From an uncultured Actinomycetota bacterium (lineage in GTDB: Bacteria; Actinomycetota; Actinomycetes; Prado026), in assembly GCA_963771835.1 (NCBI GenBank), contig CAVYVA010000006.1:36495-100494 (forward strand): a DNA stretch of 64,000 nt, read 5' to 3'. Shown here in pieces: positions 20,091 through 32,080 of the stretch. Both the position numbers and the translations under genes were made by a program. The first letter of the stretch is position 1; the number at the start of each line of letters is the position of its first letter. Under the pieces are notes generated by a model. It was given only the letters and a program-made list of their open reading frames with translations. It ran no database searches and was not told where the DNA came from.

Positions 20091-20672
20091 TTACAGCTTG
20101 GCCTCGACCGGGGCCGGGACCCGTGAGCCCAGCTCGACGTCCGCCGCCGTCTTGCGAGCGTGGACCAGACCGAGGATCGACAGGATCAGCAGGATCGCTG
20201 CGCCTGCGAAGGCGAAGATGGCGGCGATCCCGGCGATCGTGCCCATCGTGCCGAACGCATAGGCGTTCAGGAGCAGCCCGCGCAGCGCGTTGCCCTTGAA
20301 CAGCGTGTTGGCCTGACCCTGCAGGGTGGTGTTCGTCGGGTCAGCCTGAGCTGCGGAGCTGACCTCGGCGTACGTCTTGCCACCCGCCACCTCGTTGAGG
20401 TGCACGGCGATGAAGTGGTTCGCGTAGACCTCGGCCTGCGCGCCGGTGGTGAGCTGCTGGCCCGCGTACTGCTGCATCGCTGTGAACTCAGGGCCCTTGA
20501 TGGCGTCGCTGCCGGCCGGCGGGAAGAAGATCTTCTGCGCCGCGAGCTGGTCGTGGACCTGGCCGTTGATGTACACGGAGCTCCACGTCAGCAGGCCTCC
20601 TGCGATGACGAGCACGAACGCGATCAGCAGTCCGCCGATCGCCACCATTGTGTCGAACGTCCTACGGCGCAT
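20091..20672 (-). CDS. Conserved actinobacterial two-TM membrane protein (193 aa)
   Basis: GGAGG RBS; N-terminal TM, extracytoplasmic loop, FKGNALRGLLLNAYAF, C-terminal TM. Confidence 0.8.
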   Translation of the reverse strand: MRRRTFDTMVAIGGLLIAFVLVIAGGLLTWSSVYINGQVHDQLAAQKIFFPPAGSDAIKGPEFTAMQQYAGQQLTTGAQAEVYANHFIAVHLNEVAGGKTYAEVSSAAQADPTNTTLQGQANTLFKGNALRGLLLNAYAFGTMGTIAGIAAIFAFAGAAILLILSILGLVHARKTAADVELGSRVPAPVEAKL

Positions 20673-20790
20673 GGCCGCCTCCTGGTTGTCGGCGCTGCCT
20701 TCCCGGCTGGCGCCCCGTGGATGTTCCGGTTCACCCAAGAGACTCGCCTCATCCGCTCGGCGCGGTCAGAGCCGCAAGTCCTCTCTTCAG

Positions 20791-20832
20791 GAGGACCTTG
20801 GTCCCCTCCAACGGTTCGGGACCTTCGGCCCT
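20791..20832. promoter_or_regulatory. Two DosR/DevR-like boxes
   Basis: gAGGACcttgGTCCCc and cGGGACcttcGGCCCt in the divergent intergenic region. Confidence 0.7.
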
Positions 20833-20868
20833 GCCCGCGGCTCGGTGCGACGGCTGAACCTGAACGGC

Positions 20869-21315
20869 ATGAGCGATCGTCGAGAACTGCGGATCCTGTC
20901 CTGGGCCGAGTGCCTCGAGCTGCTCGGCGGCGCCTGGATCGGTCGGGTGGTCCTGACCGCGCACGCGCTGCCGACGGCGATGCCGGTGAACTACGCCCTC
21001 GACGGCGAGGCCATCGTCTTCCGCTCCGGGAGCGGGATGAAGCTGTCGGCCGCCGACGCGGGCACCGTCGTCGCCTTCGAGGTCGACCACTTCGACACCA
21101 AGCTCCGGATGGGCTGGAGCGTGCTCGCCACCGGGTTGGCCCGGCGGCTCAGCGATCCGGCCGACGTGCAGCGGGCCCAGGGACTCGGCGTCCCGACCTG
21201 GGTGGAGCCGGGCCCGGCCGACTCCTTCGTGCGCATCGAGATCGGCTCGATGAGCGGACGGCGCCTGGTCCCGGTCGCGCACGGGAGCGCCTCGGCGGCG
21301 GCCCTGCCCGCCTGA
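20869..21315 (+). CDS. Pyridoxamine 5'-phosphate oxidase-like split-barrel protein (Rv0080/Rv3129-like)
   Basis: LSWAECLELL..IGRV..PVNY..IVFRS..VAFEVD..GWSVLATG. Confidence 0.85.
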   Translation: MSDRRELRILSWAECLELLGGAWIGRVVLTAHALPTAMPVNYALDGEAIVFRSGSGMKLSAADAGTVVAFEVDHFDTKLRMGWSVLATGLARRLSDPADVQRAQGLGVPTWVEPGPADSFVRIEIGSMSGRRLVPVAHGSASAAALPA

Positions 21316-21362
21316 GCGACGACGCCCGGCCAGTGTGCACCAGCGCGCCGCGACGGGTCGTC

Positions 21363-22028
21363 TCAGTCGCGGGTCTCCCGGCGGACCTCGGTGGCCAGCA
21401 CGGCGGCCTGAGTCCGCCGCTCCATGCCCAGCTTGGCGAGCAGGTTCGACACGTAGTTCTTGATGGTCTTCTCGGCCAGGTGGAGGCGCTCGCCGATCTG
21501 CCGGTTGGTGAGGCCCTCACCGATGAGCTCGAGGATCTCCCGCTCCCGCTCGGTCAGCTCGGCCAGCGGGTCCGACTGCGGCGCGGCCGCGGTGCCGCGC
21601 AGCCGGTCCATCACCTGGGCGGTGGTGCGGGCGTCGAGGAGCGAACCGCCGGCCGCCACCGTGCGCACGGCGCCGAGCAGGTCCGAGCCTCGGATCTGCT
21701 TGAGCACGTACCCGGCCGCGCCGGCCATGATGGCGTCGAACAACGCCTCGTCGTCGGCGAACGAGGTCAGCATCAGGCAGGCGAGGTCGGGCAGCTGCGA
21801 GCGCAGGTCGCGACAGACCGAGACCCCGTCGCCGTCCGGGAGCCGCACGTCGAGCACCGCGACGTCCGGGCGCAGCGCCGGGACCCTGGCCATCGCCTCG
21901 GCGGCCGTCGACGCCTCGCCGACGACGACGATGTCGCCGGCCGCCTCGAGCAGCTCCTGGACGCCCCGGCGCACCACCTCGTGGTCGTCGAGCAGGAAGA
22001 CCCGGATCGGTGCGTCGGGCTGCGTCAT
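21363..22028 (-). CDS. devR: DosR/DevR-type NarL-family response regulator
   Basis: [74 protein letters not shown]. Confidence 0.88.
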   Translation of the reverse strand: MTQPDAPIRVFLLDDHEVVRRGVQELLEAAGDIVVVGEASTAAEAMARVPALRPDVAVLDVRLPDGDGVSVCRDLRSQLPDLACLMLTSFADDEALFDAIMAGAAGYVLKQIRGSDLLGAVRTVAAGGSLLDARTTAQVMDRLRGTAAAPQSDPLAELTEREREILELIGEGLTNRQIGERLHLAEKTIKNYVSNLLAKLGMERRTQAAVLATEVRRETRD

Positions 22029-22047
22029 GGTTGCACCGTAGCGGCCG

Positions 22048-23034
22048 TCAGCCGAACTCGAGCACGTCCGACAGCGGCAGCCGCGGGCTCGGCGCCGGCT
22101 GCTCGCCATGACCGAACCGCAGGACGATCTGCGGGTGCCGCCACGCGCTCATGGGGTCGCGGACCAACGGCCGCAGGTCGGCCACCTCGGTGGCCTGCGA
22201 CAGCAGGCCGACGCTCAGGCCGCGGGCCGTCGCGGTGAGCAGGACGCTCTCCAGCGCCATCCCGCCGCGCAGCCAGTCCGCGCGCTCGTCCCCGCTGGTC
22301 AGCAGCACGGCCATCAGCGACTGCTCCTCGAAGTCGGCGGTCGGCCGGTCGCCGACCGGGCGCCCGAAGGCCAGGTCGCGGACGAGCGACTTCGGGTCGT
22401 GCGGCGTCGGACCGAGCGACTCCGGCGGGATGCCCACGCTCTCCCGGCCGGAACGTTCGACGGTCCAAAGGGTCACTTCGTCGACCAGCGCCTGGTCGTC
22501 GCGCTGGGTGCGGTCGGCCTCGTGCAGGGCCCCGGTCACCACCTTGCGGTGCAGCCCGGTGGTCACCTCCAGGTGGGCGCCCTCGAGCGCCGCCGCCTCC
22601 TGCAGCCGGTCGAACTCCTCGTACGCGACCATCTCGCCGGTGAACGGGAGCCGGCTCGAGCGCCGATGCGGGATCGCCTCGTAGAGCAGCTGCTCGGCCG
22701 CTGACAGCGTGGCGGGTCCGGCGATGCGGACGGTGGCGACGAAGCTCGGGTCGAGGGTCGAGGGCACCAGCTCGGCGACCCCGGTCAGGCCGGCGGCGCC
22801 CAGGGCCAGCCGGAGGTTGAGCAGGGCCGCACCGACCGACAGGTGCACCTCGCGCCGGGCCGTGTCCAGCAGGGCCGGAGCCCGCTCGGGGACGACGAAC
22901 ACGTCGATGCGGTCCGTGGTCGCATGGAACCGCCACGGCTGGCTGTTGAGGATGGACGGTGCGGCCGTCGCCGCCGTCACCACCGCCTCCGCGGTCTGCG
23001 GGTCGAGCTCGTGCCTTACCTGGTCGCCGCTCAT
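22048..23034 (-). CDS. Acg-family FMN-binding nitroreductase-like protein
   Basis: [39 protein letters not shown]. Confidence 0.85.
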   Translation of the reverse strand: MSGDQVRHELDPQTAEAVVTAATAAPSILNSQPWRFHATTDRIDVFVVPERAPALLDTARREVHLSVGAALLNLRLALGAAGLTGVAELVPSTLDPSFVATVRIAGPATLSAAEQLLYEAIPHRRSSRLPFTGEMVAYEEFDRLQEAAALEGAHLEVTTGLHRKVVTGALHEADRTQRDDQALVDEVTLWTVERSGRESVGIPPESLGPTPHDPKSLVRDLAFGRPVGDRPTADFEEQSLMAVLLTSGDERADWLRGGMALESVLLTATARGLSVGLLSQATEVADLRPLVRDPMSAWRHPQIVLRFGHGEQPAPSPRLPLSDVLEFG

Positions 23035-24317
23035 GGGACCCTCCTCGTGGACGTGGCCGACGCACCGTGCTCGGACGTCGGCGTCAGACCCAGGTAGCCC
23101 GCCTCCTCGCGGAGCTCCTCGCGCACCCGCGGGTCGGCCGCGTGCTCGATCAGCGCGGCCGCCTGCTCGACCTGGTCGCGTCCGACCAGCTCGGCCGTGC
23201 CGTGCTCGGTGACGATCGCGGTGTGCTGGAACGACGTCACCGGCTCGCTGAGCAGCGGCACGATGGTGGAGCAGTCCGCCTTCGGGTGCCACGACCGGAG
23301 CGCGATGATCGCCTGGCCGTCCTTGGCGTGCAGCGCACCGCCCACGAAGTCGCTCTGCCCGCCGAAGCCGGAGTACACCTGGCCGCGGACGTGCGCCGCG
23401 TTGGCCTGGGCGAAGAGGTCGATCTCGAGCGCGGTGTTCACCGAGACCATCCGCGGGTTCGCGGCGATCCGGGCCGGGTCGTTGGCCACCTGGGTGCTGA
23501 GCATCCGCAGCCTCGGGTTGCCGTCGGCCCAGGCGTACAGCTCCTGGCTGCCGAACAGGAACGACGTCGAGATCTGCGCCTGCGGGTCGAGGGCCCCGGA
23601 GTGCTCCAGGTCCAGCACCCCGTCGCTGACCATCTCCGACCAGACCCGCAGCCCGCGGCGGTCGCCGAGCCCGCGCAGCACCGCGTCCGGCACGGCCCCG
23701 ATCCCCGCCTGCACCGTGGCGCCGTCCGGGATCCGCGCCGACACCCACTCGCCGATCATCTGGGTCTGCACGTCCGGGACGCCGGCCTGCGCGACGGGCG
23801 AGGGCAGCTCCGCCTCGAGCTCCACGACGAAGTCCACGTCGTCGGCGGGCAGCAGGGCGTCGCCGGAGGTGTACGGCATCCGCGGGTTCACGACCGCGAC
23901 CACCACACCGCCGCGCGCGCGGGCGGCCGCGACCGCGGCGGGCAGGATGTTCACCTCGGTGCCCATCGAGAACACGCCCTGGCGCGGCGGCGCCACGTGC
24001 ACGACCGCCGCGTCCGGGCCCAGCGGGCCGCGCAGCAGCACCGGGACCATCGACAGCCGGCTCGGCACGTACGACAGCGTCGGCTGGCCCCGCATCCCCG
24101 GGCCGACGAAGCAGGTCTCCAGCCGCAGGCCGGTGCGGTGCGGGACCCCGTGCTGCGCGTTCAGCATGTGCAGCGTCCAGTCCGGGATCTGGAGGTCGAG
24201 GGCCTCCACGGCCGCCCACGGCGTGGCGAAGTTGCCGGACACCACCACCCGCGGCCGTTCGGCCGACCCGGCCACCGCCGCCGCCATCTCCTCCATCGAG
24301 ACCTGGCGCACGGTCAC
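23031..24317 (-). CDS. Acetyl-CoA hydrolase / CoA-transferase family protein
   Basis: QAGIGAVPDAV, VWSEMVSDG, NTALEIDL, YSGFGGQSDFVGGA, IVTEHG. Confidence 0.88.
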   Translation of the reverse strand: MTVRQVSMEEMAAAVAGSAERPRVVVSGNFATPWAAVEALDLQIPDWTLHMLNAQHGVPHRTGLRLETCFVGPGMRGQPTLSYVPSRLSMVPVLLRGPLGPDAAVVHVAPPRQGVFSMGTEVNILPAAVAAARARGGVVVAVVNPRMPYTSGDALLPADDVDFVVELEAELPSPVAQAGVPDVQTQMIGEWVSARIPDGATVQAGIGAVPDAVLRGLGDRRGLRVWSEMVSDGVLDLEHSGALDPQAQISTSFLFGSQELYAWADGNPRLRMLSTQVANDPARIAANPRMVSVNTALEIDLFAQANAAHVRGQVYSGFGGQSDFVGGALHAKDGQAIIALRSWHPKADCSTIVPLLSEPVTSFQHTAIVTEHGTAELVGRDQVEQAAALIEHAADPRVREELREEAGYLGLTPTSEHGASATSTRRVP

Positions 24318-25343
24318 CGGCCGGTCCGGACGATGTGCGGCAGCACCGGCGCGGGGATCTGTCCGGGGCCGATGCGGGCCCGGAAGACCCAGTACGTCCA
24401 GCCCTGGTACAGCAGCACGAACGGCGTCAGCACCACCGCGACCCAGGTCATGACGGTCAGCGTGTAGTGGGTGCTGGAGGTGTTGGTCGTGGTGAGGTCG
24501 AACGCCGCGTCCGTGGAGGAGCGCATGACGGCCGGGTACAGCGTCGCGAACAGGGCCACGACCACCAGCGCCAGGCAGCCGCCCATGAGAGCGAACGCCC
24601 AGCCCTCGCGCCCCTGGCGCGAGGCCACGACCGAGGCCACCAGCGCCACGGCGGCCAGCGCGCTGACCGCCCAGGACAGCGGCCGTCCCGAGTCGACCTG
24701 CGTCCAGACCAGGAACACCGCGGCCAGCACGACGGCCACCGGCGCGATCCTCGTCACCATGGCACCGGCCCGGTCGCGCACGTCACCCTCGCTCTTGAGC
24801 GCGAGGTAGTACGCGCCGTGCAACGTGAACAGGGACAAGGTCACCAGCCCGCCGAGCAGTCCGTAGGGGTTCAGGAGCGTGAGCAGCGTGCCGGTGTACT
24901 CCTGGTGCCGGTCGATGGGCACACCGTGCACGATGTTGGCGAAGGCGACGCCCCAGAGCACCGCCGGCACCAACGACCCCACGAAGATGGCACGGTCCCA
25001 GCCGGCGCGCCAGCGTGCGGCTGTCGACCTTCCCGCGGTACTCGAAGGCCACGCCGCGGGCGATCAGCGCCAGCAGGATCAGCAGCAGGGCCAGGTAGAA
25101 GCCGCTGAACAGCGTGGCGTACCAGTTGGGGAAGGCCGCGAACGTGGCGCCGCCGGCGACCAGCAGCCACACCTCGTTGCCGTCCCAGACCGGACCGATC
25201 GTGTTGACCACGACCCGGCGGTCGACCTCGCTGCGGCTCACGAGCGGCAGCAGCACGCCCACCCCGAAGTCGAAGCCCTCCAGGAAGAAGTAGCCGATCC
25301 ACAGGACTGCGATCAGTCCGAACCAGAAGTCGGTGAGCTGCAT
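24314..25343 (-). CDS. cydB: Cytochrome bd ubiquinol/menaquinol oxidase subunit II; one frameshift
   Basis: YFFLEGFDFGVG, IGPVWDGNEVWL, WYATLFSGFY, YQGWTYWVFR. Confidence 0.92.
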
Positions 25344-25357
25344 CGTCCGCACCCCCC

Positions 25358-26829
25358 TCAGTACGCGAACGCCATGGGGCGCGTCTCGTCGGTCTCGCCG
25401 GGTTCGCCGTCACCGGGCCACCGGAGCCAGCGGCGCCACCGGGCACCGGCTCGTCCAGCGGTCCGGCCTTGGCATAGCGCAGGAACAGCGTCAGCTCGAC
25501 CACGGCGAGCACCCCGTACACCAGCGTGAACGCGACCAGCGAGGCCACCACGCTCCCGACCCCCACCGAGGGCGACACCCCGGACTGGGTGAGCAGCCGC
25601 ACCGCCGGGTTCCCGGTCGGGTTCGGCGCGACCACCCAGGGCTGGCGGCCCATCTCGGTGAAGATCCACCCGAAGGAGTTGGCCAGGAACGGCGCGACCG
25701 CCGCGACCACCACGGCGCCGACCCACCAGCGGCTCGCCGGCGAGCGCCCGCGCCGGTAGAGCCAGAAGCCGAGCAGGCCGACCAGGACCGCGACCATGCC
25801 CAGGCCGATCATCAGCCGGAAGCTCCAGTACGTGACCGGCAGGCTCGGCACGTAGTCACCCGGCCCGTACCTGGCGACCGCGGCCGCCTGCAGGTCGTTC
25901 ACACCCTGGACGGTGCCGTCGGTCGAGTCGGTGGCGAGGAAGGCCAGCAGACCGGGCACGGTGACGGACTTGACCTCGTCGCACTTGGCGCTGATCGAAC
26001 CGATGGCGAAGATCGAGATCCCGGCGCCCTGCTCGGTGCTGCACAGCGCCTCGGCGGCGGCCATCTTCATCGGCTGCTGCTTGGTCATGATCTGGGCCTG
26101 GAGATGGCCGGACAGCGTCACGGCCACCCCGGCGAGCACCATCGCGACCAGGCCGACCCGCACGGTCCGGCGGAACACGTCGACGTGCGCGGACACGGGC
26201 TCGCGCCGGGCCAGGTGCCAGGCGGACACGCCGAGGACGACGGCCCCGGCGACCAGGAACGCCCCGGCGATCGTGTGCGGGAACGTCACCAGCACGGTCG
26301 GGTTCGTCAGCAGCTTCCCGATGCTGGTCAGCTCGGCCCGGCCGCTCACCGGGTTGTACGTCACGCCGACCGGGTGCTGCATGAAGGAGTTGGCGGCGAG
26401 GATGAAGTACGCCGACAGGTTGACGGCGATCGCCACCATCCAGATGCACGCCAGGTGCACCCGCTTCGGCAGCACGGACCAGCCGAAGATCCACAGGCCG
26501 AGGAACGTCGACTCGACGAAGAACGCGGCCAGCCCCTCGATCGCCAGCGGAGCACCGAACACGTCGCCCACGAACCGCGAGTACGCGCTCCAGTTCATCC
26601 CGAACTGGAACTCCTGGACGATCCCGGTGACCACGCCGAGGGCGAAGTTGATCAGGAACAGCTTCCCGAAGAACTTGGTCGCGCGGTACCAGGCAGGGTT
26701 GCCGGTGCGGTACCAGGCGGTCTGCATGATCGCCACCAGCGGCGCCAGCCCGATGGTCAGGGGTACGAACAGGAAGTGGTAGACGGTGGTGATGCCGAAC
26801 TGCCACCGGGCGACGTCGAGGGTGTTCAC
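25358..26829 (-). CDS. cydA: Cytochrome bd oxidase subunit I; frameshift near C-terminus
   Basis: ARWQFGITTVYHFLFVP, GIVQEFQFGMNW, QPMKMAAAE, GWIFTEMGRQPW. Confidence 0.93.
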
Positions 26830-26864
26830 CCGGTCAGCCTCACCGACCCCGCGCAGGCCCCAGC

Positions 26865-26899
26865 AGGGTCCAAAGTCCTTGATCAGGACCTTGGGCCCT
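26865..26899. promoter_or_regulatory. Two DosR-like boxes upstream of cydA
   Basis: aGGGTCcaaaGTCCTt (26865-26880) and cAGGACcttgGGCCCt (26884-26899). Confidence 0.65.
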
Positions 26900-27016
26900 G
26901 GGCCGGTGCGCGCCCCCTCCCGCGGTGAGCCTCGACACCGTCGACGTCGACATCCCTGTGCCGCACGTTCTGCCACTCCGAAGAGCATTGCCGGTGGTCG
27001 TGCTGGGTCGGCGCCC

Positions 27017-27032
27017 GGGGACCAAGGTCCCT
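27017..27032. promoter_or_regulatory. DosR-like box upstream of narK
   Basis: gGGGACcaagGTCCCt, near-perfect palindrome. Confidence 0.72.
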
Positions 27033-27140
27033 GGTCCGGTTCGGCCGGCGAGGACGATCCTGGGTGCCTCGCCCCGGCTCCCGGCCGCGCGCGGGGCAGG
27101 TACGCCGGACAGGCCGAACATCGACCGAGGGGCCACTGTC

Positions 27141-28367
27141 ATGACGAGCCAGCAGCCGGACGCGACGACTGCGCCGCAGACGACCCGACGCCCGTCCCAG
27201 GGGCCGATGCTCGCCCTGGCGACGATCGGCTTCGCGGTGAACTTCTGGGCGTGGGCGCTGCTCAGCCCGCTGGGGCCGAAGCTCAAGGACAGCCTGCACC
27301 TGACCTCGTTCCAGCAGGCGCTGATCGTCGCGGTGCCGGTGATCGTGGGTGCGCTGGGCCGGATCCCGGTCGGCGCGCTGACCGACCGGCTCGGTGGCCG
27401 GGTGATGTTCCCGGCCGTGTCCTTCGCCGCGATCGTCCCCGTCCTGTACCTCGGGCTGATCGGCCACTACTCGCTGGCCGGACTGCTCGTCGGCGGCTTC
27501 TTCCTCGGGATCGCGGGGACGGCCTTCGCGGTCGGCGTCCCGTTCGTCAACGCGTGGTTCGCGCCGCGCCGGCGCGGCACGGCCATCGGCGTCTTCGGCG
27601 CCGGCATGGGCGGGCACTGCGATCAGCGCCCTCACGACGGTCAAGCTCGCGGCCGCGCACGGCTTCGCCGCCCCCTTCGTCCTGACCGCGCTGGTGCTCG
27701 CGCTGTACGGCGTGGTCGCGATCCTGGTCCTGCGCGACGCCCCGGGCCGGCAGCTGCCCACCGACCGGGTCACCACCCGGCTGGCCGCCGCCCTGCGCGC
27801 GCCGATCACCTGGCAGGCCTCGGCCCTGTACGCCCTCGTGCTTCGGCGGCTACGTCGCCTTCTCGGTCTACCTGCCCACGTACCTCAAGACCGGCTACGG
27901 CCTGGCCCAGGCCGACGCCGCGAACCGGATGGCCGGGTTCGTCCTGGTGGCGGTCGTCATGCGTCCGGTCGGGGGCTGGCTGTCCGACCGCTTCTGCCCG
28001 ATCCCGGTGCTGGCCGGCGTGCTCGGCGTCGTCGTGCTCGCCGCGGCCGTCCAGGGCGCCACGCCCGCGCTCATGCCGGTCGGGACGGTCGCGTTCCTGT
28101 CCATGGCCGCCGCGCTCGGGGCCGGGGCGGGCGCCGTGTTCGCCCTCGTCGCGCAGCGCAGCCCGGCCTCGACGGTGGGCGCCGTCACCGGTGTCGTCGG
28201 AGCGGCCGGCGGCCTCGGCGGCTTCGTCCCGCCGTTGCTGATGGGCTCGATCTACGGGCGCTCCGGCTCGTACGGTCTGGGTCTGGTGCTGCTGTCCGCG
28301 AGTCGCGCTCGCAACCCTCGTCTTCGCTGTCACCGTGGTCCGGCGCCCGGCTACGGTGCACGCATGA
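27141..28367 (+). CDS. narK: Nitrate/nitrite MFS transporter (NarK2-like); frameshifted
   Basis: LATIGFAVNFWAW, LGRIPVGALTDRLGGR, FAVGVPFVNAWF, GAAGGLGGFVPP; ATGA overlap with narG. Confidence 0.88.
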
Positions 28368-31300
28368 CGGAGCCGTCTGCAGGCTCGACAGTCGCGGGAC
28401 CGGACGGCCCTGGTGCCGACGCCCTGCTGCGGGTCGGCCGGTTCCTGCGCAGGGTCGACCAGGTCTCGCCCGACCTGCGGGCCGTGGAGCGTACCGGCGG
28501 GCGCGAGGGCGACGTCTTCTACCGCGACCGCTGGAGCCACGACAAGGTGGTCCGGTCCACCCACGGCGTGAACTGCACCGGCTCCTGCTCGTGGAAGGTG
28601 TACGTCAAGGACGGGATCATCACCTGGGAGAGCCAGCAGACCGACTACCCCAGCGTCGGTCCCGACTCCCCGGAGTACGAGCCCCGCGGCTGCCCCCGCG
28701 GGGCGGCGTTCTCCTGGTACACGTACTCCCCGACCCGGGTCCGCTTCCCGTACGTGCGCGGCGTCCTCGTGGAGATGTACCGCGAGGCCAAGGCGCGGCT
28801 CGGCGACCCGGTGCTGGCGTGGGCCGACGTCGTCGGCGACCCCGACCGCCGCCGCCGCTACCAGCAGGCCCGGGGCAAGGGCGGGCACGTCCGGGTCGGC
28901 TGGGACGAGGCCGCCGAGATCATCGCCGCCGCGCACGTGCACACGATCCGGGCGTACGGGCCGGACCGCGTCGTCGGGTTCTCGCCGATCCCGGCGATGT
29001 CGATGGTGTCGCACGCGGTGGGCGCGCGGTTCATCGAGCTGCTCGGCGGGGTGATGACGTCGTTCTACGACTGGTACGCCGACCTGCCGGTCGCCTCGCC
29101 GCAGGTGTTCGGCGACCAGACCGACGTCCCGGAGTCCGGCGACTGGTGGAACGCCACGTACCTGCTGATGTGGGGCTCGAACGTGCCGGTCACGCGCACC
29201 CCGGACGCGCACTGGATGGCCGAGGCCAGGTACAAGGGCCAGAAGGTCGTCACGATCTCGCCGGACTACGCGGACAACACGAAGTTCGCCGACGAGTGGC
29301 TGCCCGCGCAGCCGGGCACCGACGGCGCGCTCGCGATGGCGATGGGCCACGTGATGCTCAAGGAGTTCCTCGTCGACCGGCGCACGCCGTTCTTCACCGA
29401 CTACCTGGCCCGCTACACCGACATGCCGTTCCTCGTGACCCTCACCGAGCGGGACGGCGCCTACGTCCCCGGCAAGTTCCTCACCGCCGCCGACCTCGGC
29501 GACGACGAGCGAGGGCGCCGAGTGGAAGACCGTGCTCGTCGACGGTCGGACCGGCGAGCCGGTCGTCCCCAACGGGTCGCTCGGGTTCCGGCACACCGAG
29601 TCGGGCCGGGGGCTGTGGAACCTCGACCTCGGCGAGCGTGGCGCCGCAGCTCACCCTGTCCGGCGGACCCGCTCGGCGAGCCGCCGGTCGAGGTGCTGCT
29701 GCCCCGGTTCGACACCCCGGACGGGCACGGGGAGGTCCTGCACCGCGGCGTGCCGGCCCGCCGCGTCGGCGGCCGGCTGGTGACGACGGTCTTCGACCTC
29801 GTGCTGGCCCAGTACGGCGTCGCCCGACCGGGCCTGCCCGGTCGCTGGCCGACCGGCTACGACGACGCGGACGAGCCGTACACCCCGGCGTGGCAGGAGC
29901 CGCTGACGTCGGTGCCGGCCGACCAGTGCGCGCGGATCGCCCGCGAGATGGCCCGCAACGCGGAGGCGTCCCAGGGCCGCACGATGATCATCATGGGCGC
30001 GGGGGTGTGCCAGTGGTTCCACGGCGACGCGACCTACCGCGCGATCCTCTCGCTGCTGCTGTTCACCGGGTCGATGGGTCGCAACGGCGGCGGCTGGGCG
30101 CACTACGTCGGCCAGGAGAAGTGCCGGCCGCTCACCGGGCACGCGACCATGGCGATGGCGCTGGACTGGGTGCGCCCGCCGCGGCAGATGATCGGGACGG
30201 CGTTCTGGTACACGCACACCGACCAGTGGCGCTACGACGGCTACCGCGCCGACGCCCTGGCCTCGCCCCTCGCCGACGGCCACCTGGCCGGCATGCACAC
30301 CGCGGACACGATCGCCCAGTCGGCCCGGCTGGGCTGGATGCCGTCCTACCCGCAGTTCGACCGCAGCCCGCTGGACCTCGCCGACGACGCGCGAGGCGGC
30401 CGGGCAGCAGCCCGGCGAGTACGTCGTCGACCAGCTCCGCGCCGGCGACCTGCGGTGGGCCGCCGAGGACCCGGACGCGCCGGAGAACTGGCCGCGCGTG
30501 CTGACCCTGTGGCGGGCGAACCTGCTCGGCTCGTCCTCGAAGGGCAACGAGTACTTCCTCAAGCACCTGCTGGGCACGCACTCCTCCGTGCGCGCGCAGG
30601 AGACCCCCGCCGACCGCCGGCCGCGCGACGTGCGCTGGCACGACCATGCGCCCGAGGGCAAGCTCGACCTGCTCGTGTCGCTGGACTTCCGGATGACCAG
30701 CTCGACGCTGCTCGTCCGACGTCGTGCTGCCGGCGGCGACCTGGTACGAGAAGCACGACCTGTCGTCGACCGACATGCACCCGTTCGTGCACGCGTTCAC
30801 CCCGGCGATCGACCCGCCGTGGGAGACCCGCTCGGACTTCGACGCGTTCCACACGGTCGCCCGCCGGTTCAGCGAGCTGGCCAGCGACCCACCTCGGCGT
30901 GCGCCGGGACCTGGTCGCCACTCCCGCTGCAGCACGACACGCCGGGTGAGACCGCGCAGCCGGGTGGGCGCGTCCTCGACTGGCGCGACGGCACCGTCGA
31001 CATGCTGCCGGGCCGGACGATGCCCGCGTTCACGGTGGTCGAACGGGACTACGGCGCCGTCGCCGAGAAGCTGGCGTCGCTGGGACCGCTGGTCGAACGG
31101 CTCGGGCCTGACCACCAAGGCGGTCACGGTCGTCCCGGACGTCGAGGTGGGCCGGCTCGCCGCGTCCAACGGGGTGATGCTCGGGGGCGCCGGCGACGGA
31201 CGGCCGGCGCTCGACACCGACGCGAAGATGGCCGAGGCGATCCTGGCGCTGTCCGGCACGACCAACGGCCGCCTCGCGGTCGAAGGCTTCCGTCGCCTGG

Positions 31301-32080
31301 AGGAGCGCACCGGCCGGCGCCTCGTCGACCTGGCCGAGGGCAGCGAGGAGAAGCGGATCACGTTCGCCGACACCCAGGCCCGGCCGGTGCCGGTGATCAC
31401 CAGCCCGGAGTGGTCCGGCAGCGAGACCGGCGGGCGCCGGTACGCGCCGTTCACGATCAACGTCGAGCGGCTCAAGCCGTGGCACACGCTCACCGGGCGC
31501 ATGCACCTGTTCCTCGACCACGACTGGATGCACGAGCTCGGCGAGTCGCATGCCGACGTACCGGCCGCCGCTGGACATGCACCAGCTGTTCGGCGAGCCG
31601 CGCATCGGCCCCGACGGGTCCAAGCAGGTCACCGTCCGCTACCTCACCCCGCACTCGAAGTGGTCGATCCACTCCGAGTACCAGGACAACCTGCTGATGC
31701 TGTCGCTCTCGCGCGGCGGGCCGACGGTCTGGATGAGCGTGCAGGACGCGGCCGCGATCGGGGTCCGGGACAACGAGTGGGTCGAGGCGGTCAACCGCAA
31801 CGGGGTGCTGGTGGCCCGGGCCATCGTCACCCACCGCCTGCCCGAGGGCATGGTCTTCGTCTACCACGCGCAGGAGCGGGTGGTGAACGTGCCGCTGAGC
31901 GAGACGTCCGGCCGGCGCGGCGGCATCCACAACTCGCTCACCCGGGTGCTGGTCAAGCCGACCCACCTCATCGGCGGGTACGCCCAGCTGTCGTTCGCGT
32001 TCAACTACCTCGGTCCGACCGGGAACCAGCGCGACGAGGTCACCGTGGTCCGGCGGCGCAGCCAGGAGGTGACGTACTGA
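28364..32080 (+). CDS. narG: Respiratory nitrate reductase alpha subunit; several frameshifts
   Basis: VRSTHGVNCTGSCSW, PRGCPRGA, FYDWYADLP, HYVGQEK, LTPHSKWSIHS, GPTGNQRD. Confidence 0.95.

Noticed and set aside
20160-22238. Long antisense/alternate-frame ORFs (e.g. 226..2190, 20160..22238, 35076..37511, 40608..43904, 51877..54087)
   Set aside because: Arg/Pro/Gly/Ala-rich shadow ORFs caused by stop-codon scarcity in GC-rich DNA, overlapping well-supported genes
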